DNA from: Sedimentisphaerales bacterium
GTDB lineage: Bacteria > Planctomycetota > Phycisphaerae > Sedimentisphaerales > Anaerobacaceae
DNA length: 64,000 bases
Reading direction: 5' to 3'
Assembly (NCBI GenBank): GCA_963708075.1
Contig: OY970194.1
Span: 320,001-384,000 of the forward strand
The notes under the pieces were generated by a model. It made no database searches and was not told where the DNA came from. It saw nothing but the letters and a program-made list of their open reading frames with translations. Both the position numbers and the translations under genes were made by a program. Below are positions 21,092 through 31,776 of this stretch, piece by piece. Positions within the stretch are counted from its first letter, which is position 1. Each line of letters starts with the position of its first letter.

Positions 21092-22621
21092 ATGCTTAGA
21101 CGACGATCCAGCGGCGTTCTGTTGCATGCTACATCCCTGCCTTCCAGGCACGGCATTGGCGATCTGGGCCCCGAGGCGCACAAGTTCGTCGATTTTCTCA
21201 AGGCGGCGGGCCAGAATTACTGGCAGCTTCTGCCGATCAATCACACGACGGCACAGACAGGGTATTCGCCTTACAACTGCTTTTCCGCGTTCGCCGGCAA
21301 CCCGCTGCTGATCAGCCCGGACCTGCTGCATCGCGATGGCCTGCTGACAAAAAGCGAGATCCAGGCCCCTCCGCGTTTTCCGGTGGATATGGTCGATTTC
21401 AAGAAAGCCGCCGCGTACAAACACGAGCTGCTCGACAAAGCATTCGATCGATTCCGGGAGCGTGCAAAGCCTGCGGCCTATGAGGCGTTCACGCAGGAAC
21501 ATCGCGCCTGGCTGGATGCCTACGCCGCATTCGTGGCGCTGAAGCGGCATTTTCGGGGCAAACCGTGGGGCGATTGGCCGGCCGCGATGCGGGATTTCGG
21601 ATTGCGGATTTCGGATGTCGGATTAGAATCGTCGCTCGCAGCAAATCCGCAATCCGCAATCATCAATCCGCAATCGGTAGAGCGAGAGCGATTCCTCCAA
21701 TACATTTTCTACAAGCAATATCTCGATCTGAAGCGTTACTGCAACGAGCAGGGCGTGCAGGTGGCCGGGGATGTCCCGATCTACGTGGCCTACGACAGCG
21801 CCGACGTCTGGTCCCATCCCGGCCTGTTCAAGCTGAACCGGTCCAAGCGGCCTCGCTTCATCGCCGGCGTGCCGCCCGACTACTTCAGCCGGACGGGACA
21901 GCTCTGGGGCAATCCGGTCTACGACTGGCGGCAACTGGAGCAGACGAATTTCCACTGGTGGATCCAGCGGATGCGGCACAATCTGCTCCTGTTCGATTTC
22001 GTCCGCATCGATCATTTCCGGGGCTTTGTCGCTTATTGGGAAGTGCCCGCCAGTCAAAAAACGGCCATCCACGGCAAGTGGGTGCAGGTCCCGCACGGGA
22101 GGTTCTTCCGGGAGCTGTTCCGGCAGATTCCGTTCGGCGCCATCTTCGCGGAGGACCTCGGGTACATCACCGCCGACGTGCGCGAGGTGGTGAACCATCA
22201 TAATTTCCCGCGCATGGTCGTGCTGCAATTCGCCTTTGGCGGCTCGGCGCAGAATCTCCACATGCCCCACAACCACGTCGAGAACTCCATCGTTTACACG
22301 GGCACACACGACAACAACACAACGCGAGGCTGGTTCGATCGCGAGCTCAAGGGCGAGTCCCGCAAGCACCTGTTCGAGTACCTCGGCCGCAAGGTTGCGC
22401 CCGCGGACATCGCCTGGGAGATGATGCGCGTGGCTATGGGCTCCGTAGCGAAGATCGCCATCATCCCCATGCAGGACGTGCTGGGCCTGGGAGCGGCGGC
22501 GCGAATGAACACGCCCGCCGGTAAGGACGGCAACTGGCAGTGGCGGATGCGCCCGGGCCAGACCACAACACCGCTGGCTCGCCGGCTGCGGGAGTTGACC
22601 GCTCTCTACGGGCGAACGTGA
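21092..22621 (+). CDS. malQ: 4-alpha-glucanotransferase (GH77)
   Basis: GVLLHATSLP, GVPPDYFSRTGQLWGNP, RIDHFRG, AEDLG, YTGTHDN. Confidence 0.96.
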   Translation: MLRRRSSGVLLHATSLPSRHGIGDLGPEAHKFVDFLKAAGQNYWQLLPINHTTAQTGYSPYNCFSAFAGNPLLISPDLLHRDGLLTKSEIQAPPRFPVDMVDFKKAAAYKHELLDKAFDRFRERAKPAAYEAFTQEHRAWLDAYAAFVALKRHFRGKPWGDWPAAMRDFGLRISDVGLESSLAANPQSAIINPQSVERERFLQYIFYKQYLDLKRYCNEQGVQVAGDVPIYVAYDSADVWSHPGLFKLNRSKRPRFIAGVPPDYFSRTGQLWGNPVYDWRQLEQTNFHWWIQRMRHNLLLFDFVRIDHFRGFVAYWEVPASQKTAIHGKWVQVPHGRFFRELFRQIPFGAIFAEDLGYITADVREVVNHHNFPRMVVLQFAFGGSAQNLHMPHNHVENSIVYTGTHDNNTTRGWFDRELKGESRKHLFEYLGRKVAPADIAWEMMRVAMGSVAKIAIIPMQDVLGLGAAARMNTPAGKDGNWQWRMRPGQTTTPLARRLRELTALYGRT

Positions 22622-22629
22622 GACGCACA

Positions 22630-25405
22630 TCACGGGCTCTGTGCGATGAGGATGGAAACGGGGAACTCGCAGAGGATATCCCCGACAAGGAGCTCATTTC
22701 GCGCTGTCAATACGTTGCCTGAGAGTACATCCCGCCAACCTGAGGGGGCATTTGTCGGCAGGCTGATTTTCGTATCTTCCCAAACGTGCCGGCTCGTCGG
22801 GCTTTCGCCGGGCTTGATCAATGAGGTAAGAAACCGCGGCGCAACCGTCAGTGCATACCTGTTCTCCCGGTAGCGGAAGAAGGCGACGACGTGCTGTCCC
22901 CGGCTGCCTGTCACGGAGGCGGGGAGATAGTCTCCCTTCTCAAAGAGGTCTCTCGTTCTCCGCGCGAGCGCGAAGGCCCCTGTGGATCAGGAAGAGCTTG
23001 ATCCGAGGATCCTGATTCACCGGCATGGGCGAGGGGACCGGCCATGCCACGACTTCCCGGAGGGCCCTCATCCGACTCTCGAAATCCACGGGTCTGCGAT
23101 TGTCGGGGTCCACGAGGTTGAGGTCCCACAATTCCGCCCCCTGGTAGAAGTCAGGTACGCCGGGACAGGTGATCTTCAGGACCGTTTGGGACAGGGAATT
23201 GTAAATCCCGTACTCGCTGATCTCCTTTTGAAAGGCCAGGAAGTCGGGCCAGAAGGGGTTCTCCGACGAGCGGTCGAGGATCTCATCGATAAATCGCAGG
23301 CAGGCGCCTTCATAGGCTTCATTGGGCTCCGCCCAGTTGCTGTAAGTCTTCGCCTCGCGCACAGCCTTGATCATGTAGTCCTTGATCCGCTGCCGTAGAG
23401 ACGCACAATCTTGCGTTTCTACATCGAAGGGCAGGGTGCCCACAAGGGTCTGGTAGAGCAGGTACTTATCATTGTGGCATGGAGCCAGGATGTCGCCGAC
23501 CATTTGCCTATGTGGCTCGTTCATCTTCGCCCAGCGGGTCACCGCCTGCCGCCAGCGGTCGGGAATTTCCGAGAGGACATTGAGCCGGGCGCGGACGTCT
23601 TCGCCTCGCTTGGAATCGTGGGTGCTCGTGGCGCTCATGGCGTGCGGCCAGTTCCGGGCCCGCAACTGGTTGAAGCGGTGAAATTGATCCAGGGAAATCC
23701 CGAACGTATGGGGATCGCCGCCCACCTCGTTGAGTGACACGAACCGGTTATAGATGTAGAGCAGCGTATCCTCAAAGCCCTTGGCCATGGCGGGACCCGT
23801 GAATTGCTGAAACCGCATGAGGAAGTACTGCCGTGCCTCTCTCGCCTGGCGGTCCAATTCCGCCCGCAGGCCTGAAAGCAGCAGTGCGATGATCTCGTCC
23901 ACGCCGGGCCGGCACTCGGGGCACTTGTCCCGGGCCTTCGCGAGGGACTCCGCGAGGACAGTGCGATCCTGTTCCGTGAAGTTGTCGGCATCGACGTACG
24001 TCCGATAGACTGGAAGCGCCGCCATGAGGGCCGTCAAAGCGTCGCGCAGAGTCTCGGCCCTGTGAGGATCGTCGCTTGGGGACAATTGCATCGCCAGGTG
24101 CGTCAGGTATTCCAGTTCTCCCGCCATGTGCTGTTCCAGAATCTTCTTCTTCTCGTCATAGAGCAACTGGGTGTAGTCGGGCTCGTAACCGATGAATTCG
24201 TAGTACAATTTTGTGAGGGCCTCCTCGCTCTCCTGCCGGCAGAAGATGCCGTTGACGATGTTGCAGAATTTGTAGCCCGAGGTGCCCTGGATCGGCCACT
24301 GACTTGGCAGAAACTCGTAGAGTTCCAGGATCTTCTCGACGGCGATGTAGCAGTGAGGCAGGGTGCTATGCAGACGGGCAAGGTACGCTCTCGGGTTGTA
24401 CAATCCATCCACATGGTCGATGCGCAGGCCGGTGAAGACGCCGGCGCGGGTCAGCTCGAAGATCTTACGGTGGATTCGTTCGAACACCTGCGGGTCCTCC
24501 GTGCGCACAGCAATGAAATCACTGATGTAGAAGAACCGGCGGTAATTGATCTTCTCGTGGGCGACTTTCCACGATACGAGCTTGAAAGACTGCTGTTCGA
24601 GCAGCTTGTACAACCGGCTTTGCTCAACCTGCCCTTCGTACGGGCGATTGTAGGATTCCAACTCGCCATTGATATACAGGCGGATCATCGGGTGCTGCTC
24701 ACGGAGCCGGGTGAGCAGTGCCTTGGCTTCCGCGACCTGCCGGCGTTTCTCCGGGGAATCGTTCATCTCGCTCGAGGTTTTGAACGTATCCCGCAGCCCC
24801 TCGAAGGCCTGCACCGCTGGATCATCGCCGGCCATGGAGCCGCTGAGCAGCCGTCTGTCGTGCCACAGGACGGACTCATACGACGCCAGGCATAGAGGGA
24901 AACGCCGCGTGGAATACTGAATCGAAAGACCCTCGTTGTCCAGGGCAAGCCTGATCTCTTCTCTCTGCATAACCTCTTCCAGGGAACCCCCGAGGAACGG
25001 GGCCAGGACCCGGGTCCGCAACTCGGGATCGGGATGGTCCCGGAAGATATCGAACGAGTTATAGAATCGGCTCTTCGGACCGTTCTCAAAGAGGTCCATG
25101 AGCATCCAATTTTCGCTGGAGTACGCCATGTGGTTGGGCACGATGTCCTGCAGCCAGCCCATATGGCGGGCCTGCACCTCGGCTGCCAGGGCCTGAAAGT
25201 CGTTCCACGTGCCCAGCTCCGGGTTCAACTCATCCGGGTCGGTGACATCGTACCCGTGCGTGCTGCCGTGTGTCGCCTTGAGGATGGGCGAGGCATAGAG
25301 ATCGGTGATCCCAAGCTCGGCAAGATAGGGGACCAGGGCCTTGGCGTCCTGAAAACGGAACGCAGGATTAAATTGCAGTCTGTAGGTCGCCAACGGGACG
25401 CGCAT
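22630..25405 (-). CDS. treY: Malto-oligosyltrehalose synthase; apparent +1 frameshift ~22955
   Basis: ATYRLQF, GSTHGYDV, DIVPNHM, GLRIDHVDGL, STHDSKRGEDVRAR, LVDPDNRRPVD. The tail DLFEKGDYLP...HVVAFFR lies in another frame. Confidence 0.93.
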
Positions 25406-27284
25406 CGGTTGTCTCCTCGACGGTCGCGACTGCCTGCGTCGCCAGGGCCCCGGTTTGGCCGTGGCTGTGGCTCGCGAAGACGGCGATGCTCCTGGGCTGC
25501 ATGGGCATCCGCTGTCGGCTGTGAATTTCGCTGGGCAGTGTCGATCCAGGCCCGGCCCACCGGCTATCGGCCGAATCGAGGACTTTGCTCCAACCCGCTT
25601 CTGCAGCGCGCGGAAGTAACTGCCGGCTCTCCTGGCTGAAGTTCGCGATGCACTGGAACTGGCCGTGGGCGTGTGTGCGATGCCAGATGAGCAGCTTCTC
25701 CTGAGGCAACGACTGCACCGTCATGTTCTTCTTGCTCGCCACGTGCGGGATGTTGTTCCGCAATTGCACCAGACGCTTGTAGAACGCCAACAGGACCCCG
25801 TGCGGGTCGAGCTCCCGTTTCTCCCAGTGCAACTTGGAATTCTGAAATGTCTCCTCGGCAAAAGGGTCGGGACATTCCCGGGGCCCCGCGAAGCCATTGA
25901 ATTCGTTCTTGCGGCCCTCACGGACCGCCGCGACGAGATCCTCGCCGGAGTGACTGACGAAGTACTGAAACGGGGCATCCTCGCCATATTCCTGACCCAT
26001 GAACAGCAGGGGGACGTACGGCGACAACAGAAGCGTGCCGGCGGCCAGCTTGAGGGACTCGAAATCGACCAGTCCGGAGAGCCGTTCGCCCAACATCCGA
26101 TTGCCGACCTGGTCGTGGTTCTGCGTGCAGACTACGAACTGCCGGGCCGGTCGTTGCCTCGAGTTGCTGCCGTGGAATCTCCTGCGATACCTGGAATATT
26201 GCCACGAGAAAACGAAGCCTTCTTTGAAGGCCTTGGCCAACTGCTCGATTCTGCCAAAATCCTGGTAGTAGCTGCCGGTCTCGCCGGTCAGCAGGACGTG
26301 CAGGCTGTGATGGAAATCGTCGGACCATTGAGCGTCGAGCCCGTATCCGCCACTGCCGGGCGGCTTGATGAAGCGGACGTCGTCGAGGTCGCTCTCGCCA
26401 ATCAGGTAGTGCTTTCTGCCCGACTCGCGGGAGAACTGCCCTACGTGCTCCGTTAGCTCCTGGACGAAGTGCTTTGCACTTTGGTCGTGGATGTGGTGCA
26501 ACGCGTCCAGCCGCAGCGCGTCGAAGTGGTACTCGCGCAGCCAGAAAAGCGCGTTTTGAATGAAGAAACTGCGGACGTGATGGCTGTCCGCCGAGTCATA
26601 ATTGATCGCGTCCCCCCAGGGGATGTTGTATCTGCCTGTGAAGTACGGGCCGAAGTCCCGCAGGTAGTTGCCTTCGGGTCCCATGTGGTTGTACACGACA
26701 TCGAGGATGGCGGACATGCGCTGGTGGTGGATGGCGTTGATGAGAGCCTTGAGGCCGTCCGGGCCGCCGTAGGAATTCTGGACGGCATAGGGATAGGCGC
26801 CGTCGTAGCCCCAGTTGCGCTCGCCGGGGAACTGGGCCACGGGCATCAACTCGATCGCCGTGATGCCCAGCTCGCGCAGTGCGGGCAGGCGGGGGATGAT
26901 CGCCTCGAACGTGCCCTCCGGCGTGAAGGTGCCCACGTGCAACTCGTAGATCAGCATGTCCTCCAGCGGCACGCCTTCCCAACCCGCGTCGGTCCAGACA
27001 GACGCACCGTGGTTGACTACCTGGCTGGGTCCATGGACGCCCTCCGGCTGGAAACAGGACGCGGGGTCCGGGCGACGATTCGTTTCCTCAAGGATGTACA
27101 GATACCGGCTGCCGGGCGGGACGTCCTCGATGGCGGCCTGCCAGTAGCCCGCCTCATCTTTCTCCAGGGCCAGCGTGCGCTCATGGGGTGCCACGATCTG
27201 TAGCTCCACCTTCTGCAACTGCGGCGCCCAGACGCGAAAGCCGCACTTATTCCCTCCCTGGTAATGGGCGCCGACTCTGATCAA
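25368..27284 (-). CDS. treZ: Malto-oligosyltrehalose trehalohydrolase
   Basis: FRVWAP, YELHVGTFTPEGTF, RNWGYDG, QNHDQVGNR. Confidence 0.95.
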   Translation of the reverse strand: MIRVGAHYQGGNKCGFRVWAPQLQKVELQIVAPHERTLALEKDEAGYWQAAIEDVPPGSRYLYILEETNRRPDPASCFQPEGVHGPSQVVNHGASVWTDAGWEGVPLEDMLIYELHVGTFTPEGTFEAIIPRLPALRELGITAIELMPVAQFPGERNWGYDGAYPYAVQNSYGGPDGLKALINAIHHQRMSAILDVVYNHMGPEGNYLRDFGPYFTGRYNIPWGDAINYDSADSHHVRSFFIQNALFWLREYHFDALRLDALHHIHDQSAKHFVQELTEHVGQFSRESGRKHYLIGESDLDDVRFIKPPGSGGYGLDAQWSDDFHHSLHVLLTGETGSYYQDFGRIEQLAKAFKEGFVFSWQYSRYRRRFHGSNSRQRPARQFVVCTQNHDQVGNRMLGERLSGLVDFESLKLAAGTLLLSPYVPLLFMGQEYGEDAPFQYFVSHSGEDLVAAVREGRKNEFNGFAGPRECPDPFAEETFQNSKLHWEKRELDPHGVLLAFYKRLVQLRNNIPHVASKKNMTVQSLPQEKLLIWHRTHAHGQFQCIANFSQESRQLLPRAAEAGWSKVLDSADSRWAGPGSTLPSEIHSRQRMPMQPRSIAVFASHSHGQTGALATQAVATVEETTDARPVGDLQTAI

Positions 27285-27297
27285 TGTGTTCCTCCCG

Positions 27298-29448
27298 CTA
27301 CTTGCGCGGCCGAGTCAGCACGATTACGGAACGTCCTTCTGCTTTGACGGAGGTCGCGCCCAGGTTTCCTTCACCTGGCTTTCCGTCCTCGATCCGCGTC
27401 GATGTGTTGAGCACGATCTGCCAAGGCCTTTCCTTCTCGGAGAGAGCGAGCTGGAAGAAGACATCCTCGTGATTGGCATTGAACAGGACGAGGAAATCGT
27501 CGTCGCACACCGGTTCTCCCCGTCTGTCCATGTAGCCCAGGTCCCCATTGAGAAAGACCTGGAGCGACTTGATGTAGCCCTGCTTCCAGTCGTCTGCGGA
27601 CATTCCCGCAGCGTCCGGCCGGAACCAGCCGATATCTTCCAAGGCGACCGAGCCCCGGATCGATCGGCCCTGGTACCAACCCCGGCGATGGAACACCGGA
27701 TGATCCTGGCGCAGGTGGATTAGTTGGGCAGTGAATTCCTTCAGGTTTTTGTCGGCGTGCTCCCAGTCGAACCAGGAGATCTCGTTATCCTGGCAATAGG
27801 CATTGTTGTTTCCACTTTTGGTTCGTCCGATCTCATCGCCCCCGTAGATCATGGGGACTCCCTGGGAGAGTAGCAGTGTGGTAAGGAGATTACGCACCTG
27901 GCGGGCGCGGAGGTCGTTGATCGCCGGGTCGTCCGTCTCACCCTCAACGCCATAATTGCAGGAGCGATTGTCGTCAGTGCCGTCTTTATTGTCCTCCAGG
28001 TTGGCCTCATTGTGCTTCTGCTCGTACGTCACCAGATCGTGCAGGGTGAATCCATCGTGGGCTGTAATGAAGTTGATGCTGGCGCGGGGCTTGCGGCCGG
28101 TGTTTTCATAGAGGTCCGAGCTGCCCGTGAACCGGCTGGCAAATTGGCCCAGCGTACTGTCCCGCCCTCGCCAGAAGTCGCGCATCACATCCCGATAGAT
28201 GCCGTTCCATTCCGACCACAGGACGGGGAAGCGGCCGACCTGGTAGCCGCCTTCGCCGACATCCCAGGGCTCGGCGATCAGCTTCATCTGGTTGATGATC
28301 GGGTCCTGGTGGATGATGTCGAAAAAAGCGGACAACCGATCCACGTCTTTGAGCTCCCGCGCCAGGGTCGACGCCAGGTCAAAACGAAAGCCGTCCACGT
28401 GCATTTCGGTGATCCAATAGCGCAGGGAGTCCATAATGAGTTCGAGCACGATGGGGTGGCGCATGTTCAGGCTATTGCCGGTGCCCGTGTAGTCCATGTA
28501 GTGCTGCGGATCATCCTCGACCAGCCGGTAGTAGGCGGGATTGTCGATTCCCTTATAGCAAAGGATGGGGCCAAGATGATTTCCCTCGGCTGTGTGGTTG
28601 TAGACGACGTCCAGAATGACCTCGATCCCCGCCTCGTGCAACTGGTAGACCATCTTCTTGAATTCCTGGACCTGCTGGCCCTGGTCGCCGGACGACGAAT
28701 ACTCGTTATGCGGTGCGAAATAGCAGATCGAGTTGTATCCCCAATAGTTCCGCAGACCCTTGTCGATGAGCATGCGGTCGTGCACGAACTGATGGACGGG
28801 CATCAGCTCGACCGCGGTAATGCCGAGGGACTTGAGGTACTCAATCACCGCCGGGTGGGTGAGGCCCGCATACGTGCCTCGCTGCTCGGACGGAACCGCC
28901 GGATGACGCTTTGTAAACCCTTTGACGTGCATCTCATAGATGATCGTGTCTTCCAGGGGCGTGTGAGCGCGATACTCATTGTTCCAGTTGAAAAAGGGAT
29001 TATGGACCACGCTCTTCATCATCAGGCGTGCATCGTCGGAACTGCTGCACGCGGCGGCGTCGGGCTTGTCCACCCGGTAGGGGAATAAGGCGTCGCTCCA
29101 CTGGATCGAACCGCTGACCGCCTTGCTGCTCGGGTCGAGCAGCAGTTTGTTCGGGCAGCAGCAGATTCCCCTCTTGGGGTCCCAGGGGCCGTGGACCCGG
29201 TAGCCATAGAGTTGCCCCGGACCTATGCCGCTCACATACACATGCCAGTTGTATCCGTCGCGCTCGGTGAGGCTGATCCTGGTTTCTTTCCCCTCCTGAT
29301 CGAACAAACACAACTCGATCCGTTCAGCCACTTCGGAAAAGACGGAGAAATTCGTGCCTGTACCGTCGTAAGCGCAGTCCAGGGGATAGGGTACGCCGGG
29401 CAGTGCCTTCACGGAGCTTGTATGCAGAACTTGTGTTGTCATCTTCAT
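27298..29448 (-). CDS. glgX: Glycogen debranching enzyme (GlgX/TreX)
   Basis: NYWGYN, DVVYNHTAEG, VDGFRFDLA, INFITAHDGFTL. Confidence 0.95.
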   Translation of the reverse strand: MKMTTQVLHTSSVKALPGVPYPLDCAYDGTGTNFSVFSEVAERIELCLFDQEGKETRISLTERDGYNWHVYVSGIGPGQLYGYRVHGPWDPKRGICCCPNKLLLDPSSKAVSGSIQWSDALFPYRVDKPDAAACSSSDDARLMMKSVVHNPFFNWNNEYRAHTPLEDTIIYEMHVKGFTKRHPAVPSEQRGTYAGLTHPAVIEYLKSLGITAVELMPVHQFVHDRMLIDKGLRNYWGYNSICYFAPHNEYSSSGDQGQQVQEFKKMVYQLHEAGIEVILDVVYNHTAEGNHLGPILCYKGIDNPAYYRLVEDDPQHYMDYTGTGNSLNMRHPIVLELIMDSLRYWITEMHVDGFRFDLASTLARELKDVDRLSAFFDIIHQDPIINQMKLIAEPWDVGEGGYQVGRFPVLWSEWNGIYRDVMRDFWRGRDSTLGQFASRFTGSSDLYENTGRKPRASINFITAHDGFTLHDLVTYEQKHNEANLEDNKDGTDDNRSCNYGVEGETDDPAINDLRARQVRNLLTTLLLSQGVPMIYGGDEIGRTKSGNNNAYCQDNEISWFDWEHADKNLKEFTAQLIHLRQDHPVFHRRGWYQGRSIRGSVALEDIGWFRPDAAGMSADDWKQGYIKSLQVFLNGDLGYMDRRGEPVCDDDFLVLFNANHEDVFFQLALSEKERPWQIVLNTSTRIEDGKPGEGNLGATSVKAEGRSVIVLTRPRK

Positions 29449-29654
29449 CGTCTCCCAATCTGCCCGCCGCTTGTCCGCCGCTCCGGCCGGACCGGCGCCA
29501 AGACAGGCCGGAGTGGGTCATAAAGTCTCATTGTACTCGCCCGGCGGACGTGCGTTTCGTAGGGGTAATCCCAATATGGCCGTCGGAAAACGGCTAAGGA
29601 GAGGGCGGGCAGACACAAGCTCTCGGTCCGGCCGGCATCAGCCTGACGCATGCA

Positions 29655-29686
29655 TATGCTTACGCAGGGGCGTAAGCATGGCACCC
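29655..29686. repeat. GCATGGCACCC-family palindromic repeat
   Basis: ATGCTTACGC-AGGG-GCGTAAGCATGGCACCC. Confidence 0.65.
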
Positions 29687-29714
29687 GAATCAGTGATGCA
29701 TGGCATGTGGATGA

Positions 29715-31679
29715 TTACTGGGTCTGGGGCACTCTGCGTTCGGGGCCGTCGGCTAGTTCCCTTTTGAAGACGACGATCGCCAGTGGCGGCAGCGTCACGG
29801 ACAGGGTGAAATCGAATTTGCCATAGAAGGAGGCGGGGGAGGCCTCGACGCCGCCCAGGTTGCCCTGGCCGCTGCCGCTATAGTCCTTCGCGTCGCTGTT
29901 GAGGATCTCCTGCCACTGGCCGCTGCAGGGGACGCCGACGCGGTAATTGTGCCGCGGCACCGGCGTGAAGTTGCACACGACCGCCAGGATGTCTTTGCTG
30001 GCCTTATCCTTGCGAAGATAGCTGATCACGCTGTTGTCGGCATCGTGGAAATCGATCCACTCGAAGCCGGGGCTGTGGAAGTCCATTTCATGCATCGCCG
30101 GCTCGGTTCGATAGAGGTGATTCAGGTCGCGGACCCATTTCTGCAAATTGGCGTGGAATGGGTCGTCGAGCAGGTGCCAGTCACAACTGTGCTCGTGATT
30201 CCACTCGCTCTGCTGGCCGAACTCGCCGCCCTGGAACAGCAGCTTCTTGCCGGGAGTGGTGTACATATAGCCGAAGAGCAGGCGGAGATTGGCCATCTTC
30301 TGCCATGTGTCGCCGGGCATTCTGCCATAGAGCGAGCCCTTGCCGTGGACGACCTCGTCATGCGACAGCGGCAGAATGAAGTTCTCGGAGAACGCATACA
30401 GGATGGAAAACGAGAGCATACCCTGGTGATACTTGCGGTACACAGGGTCCTGGCGGAAGTACTCGAGGGTGTCGTGCATCCAGCCCATGTTCCACTTCAT
30501 GCCGAAACCCAGGCCGCCGGTATCGACGGGGCGGGTGACCATCGGCCAAGCGGTCGATTCCTCCGCGATGGTCTGGATATCTGGAAAATCATGGTAGAGC
30601 ATCTCATTAAATCGGCGCAGAAAAGCGATGGCCTCGACGTTCTCTCGTCCGCCCCCTTCATTGGGGATCCATTCGCCCTCCTTGCGGGAGTAGTCGCGGT
30701 AGAGCATGGAGGCGACACCATCCACGCGCAGGGCATCGGCGTGGTACTTGTCCAGCCAGAACATGGCGGAACTGATCAGGTAGTTGCGCACTTCGTTCCG
30801 GCCGTAGTTGAAGACGGCGCTCTTCCAGTCCGGGTGAAAGCCCAGGCGAGGATCGGCGTGCTCATAGAGGTGGGTGCCGTCGAAGTAGCCCAGGCCGTAC
30901 TCGTCCGTGGGGAAATGGGATGGCACCCAGTCCAGAATTACGCCAATATCATTCTTATGCAGGTGGTCGATCAGGCACATCAGATCCTGGCAGGAGCCGT
31001 AGCGGCGGCTGGGGGCGAAGTAGCCGACCGTCTGATAGCCCCACGAGGCGTAGAAGGGATGCTCCATGACCGGCATGAGTTCGACGTGGGTGAACCCCAT
31101 CTGCTTGACATATTCGGCCAGGGGCTCGGCGATCTCTCCGTAGCTCAGCAGCCTGTCCGGCTCGCCCGGGTCGCGCCGCCAGGAGCCCAAGTGAACCTCG
31201 TAGATACTGATCGGGCCATTCATCGAGTTTCGCTCGGCCCGTTTCTCGGACCACGGGGCATCGCCCCATTCGTAGTCCAGGTCCCAAACCACGGATGCAG
31301 TGTTCGGCGGCAGCTCCCAGAAGAAGGCAAACGGGTCGCCCTTATTCACCGTGTAGCCGTTGTGGTTGGAGACGATGTGGTACTTGTAGATCGCCCCTTT
31401 GCCGAGATGCGGAATGAAACCCTCCCAGATTCCCGAGCCTTCCCATCGCCCCCCCAGGGGATGCGACTGGGGATTCCACCGGTTGAAATCGCCGACAACA
31501 GAGACCTGTTTGGCGCAGGGCGCCCAGACGGCGAAGAACGTGCCCGGGACACCATCCACCTCGACGATGTGCGCGCCAAGCTTGTTGTAGAGGCGGAAGT
31601 GATTTCCCTGCCTGAACAGGTAGACATCATGATCCGTCAAAAGGCTAAAGCCCGTAAGTACCTGGCTCTGCTCCGTCAT
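29715..31679 (-). CDS. glgB: 1,4-alpha-glucan branching enzyme
   Basis: [43 protein letters not shown]. Confidence 0.96.
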   Translation of the reverse strand: MTEQSQVLTGFSLLTDHDVYLFRQGNHFRLYNKLGAHIVEVDGVPGTFFAVWAPCAKQVSVVGDFNRWNPQSHPLGGRWEGSGIWEGFIPHLGKGAIYKYHIVSNHNGYTVNKGDPFAFFWELPPNTASVVWDLDYEWGDAPWSEKRAERNSMNGPISIYEVHLGSWRRDPGEPDRLLSYGEIAEPLAEYVKQMGFTHVELMPVMEHPFYASWGYQTVGYFAPSRRYGSCQDLMCLIDHLHKNDIGVILDWVPSHFPTDEYGLGYFDGTHLYEHADPRLGFHPDWKSAVFNYGRNEVRNYLISSAMFWLDKYHADALRVDGVASMLYRDYSRKEGEWIPNEGGGRENVEAIAFLRRFNEMLYHDFPDIQTIAEESTAWPMVTRPVDTGGLGFGMKWNMGWMHDTLEYFRQDPVYRKYHQGMLSFSILYAFSENFILPLSHDEVVHGKGSLYGRMPGDTWQKMANLRLLFGYMYTTPGKKLLFQGGEFGQQSEWNHEHSCDWHLLDDPFHANLQKWVRDLNHLYRTEPAMHEMDFHSPGFEWIDFHDADNSVISYLRKDKASKDILAVVCNFTPVPRHNYRVGVPCSGQWQEILNSDAKDYSGSGQGNLGGVEASPASFYGKFDFTLSVTLPPLAIVVFKRELADGPERRVPQTQ

Positions 31680-31690
31680 GCGAACCCTCG

Positions 31691-31776
31691 GAATTGATTA
31701 AGGATTATTGATTATGGATGATTGAAGAGGGAAGGACAGCCTCAATCATCAATCATCCTTTATCAATAATCAATCA
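31691..31776. repeat. Heptamer-repeat palindrome
   Basis: GATTATTGATTATGGATGATTGA ... TCAATCATCAATCATCCTTTATCAATAATCAATC. Confidence 0.75.

Noticed and set aside
29949..31697. Long antisense ORFs (582 aa here; also 37854-39794, 10957-12561, 42407-43663)
   Set aside because: They are shadows of well-supported genes on the opposite strand, expected at high GC, with no recognisable motifs.
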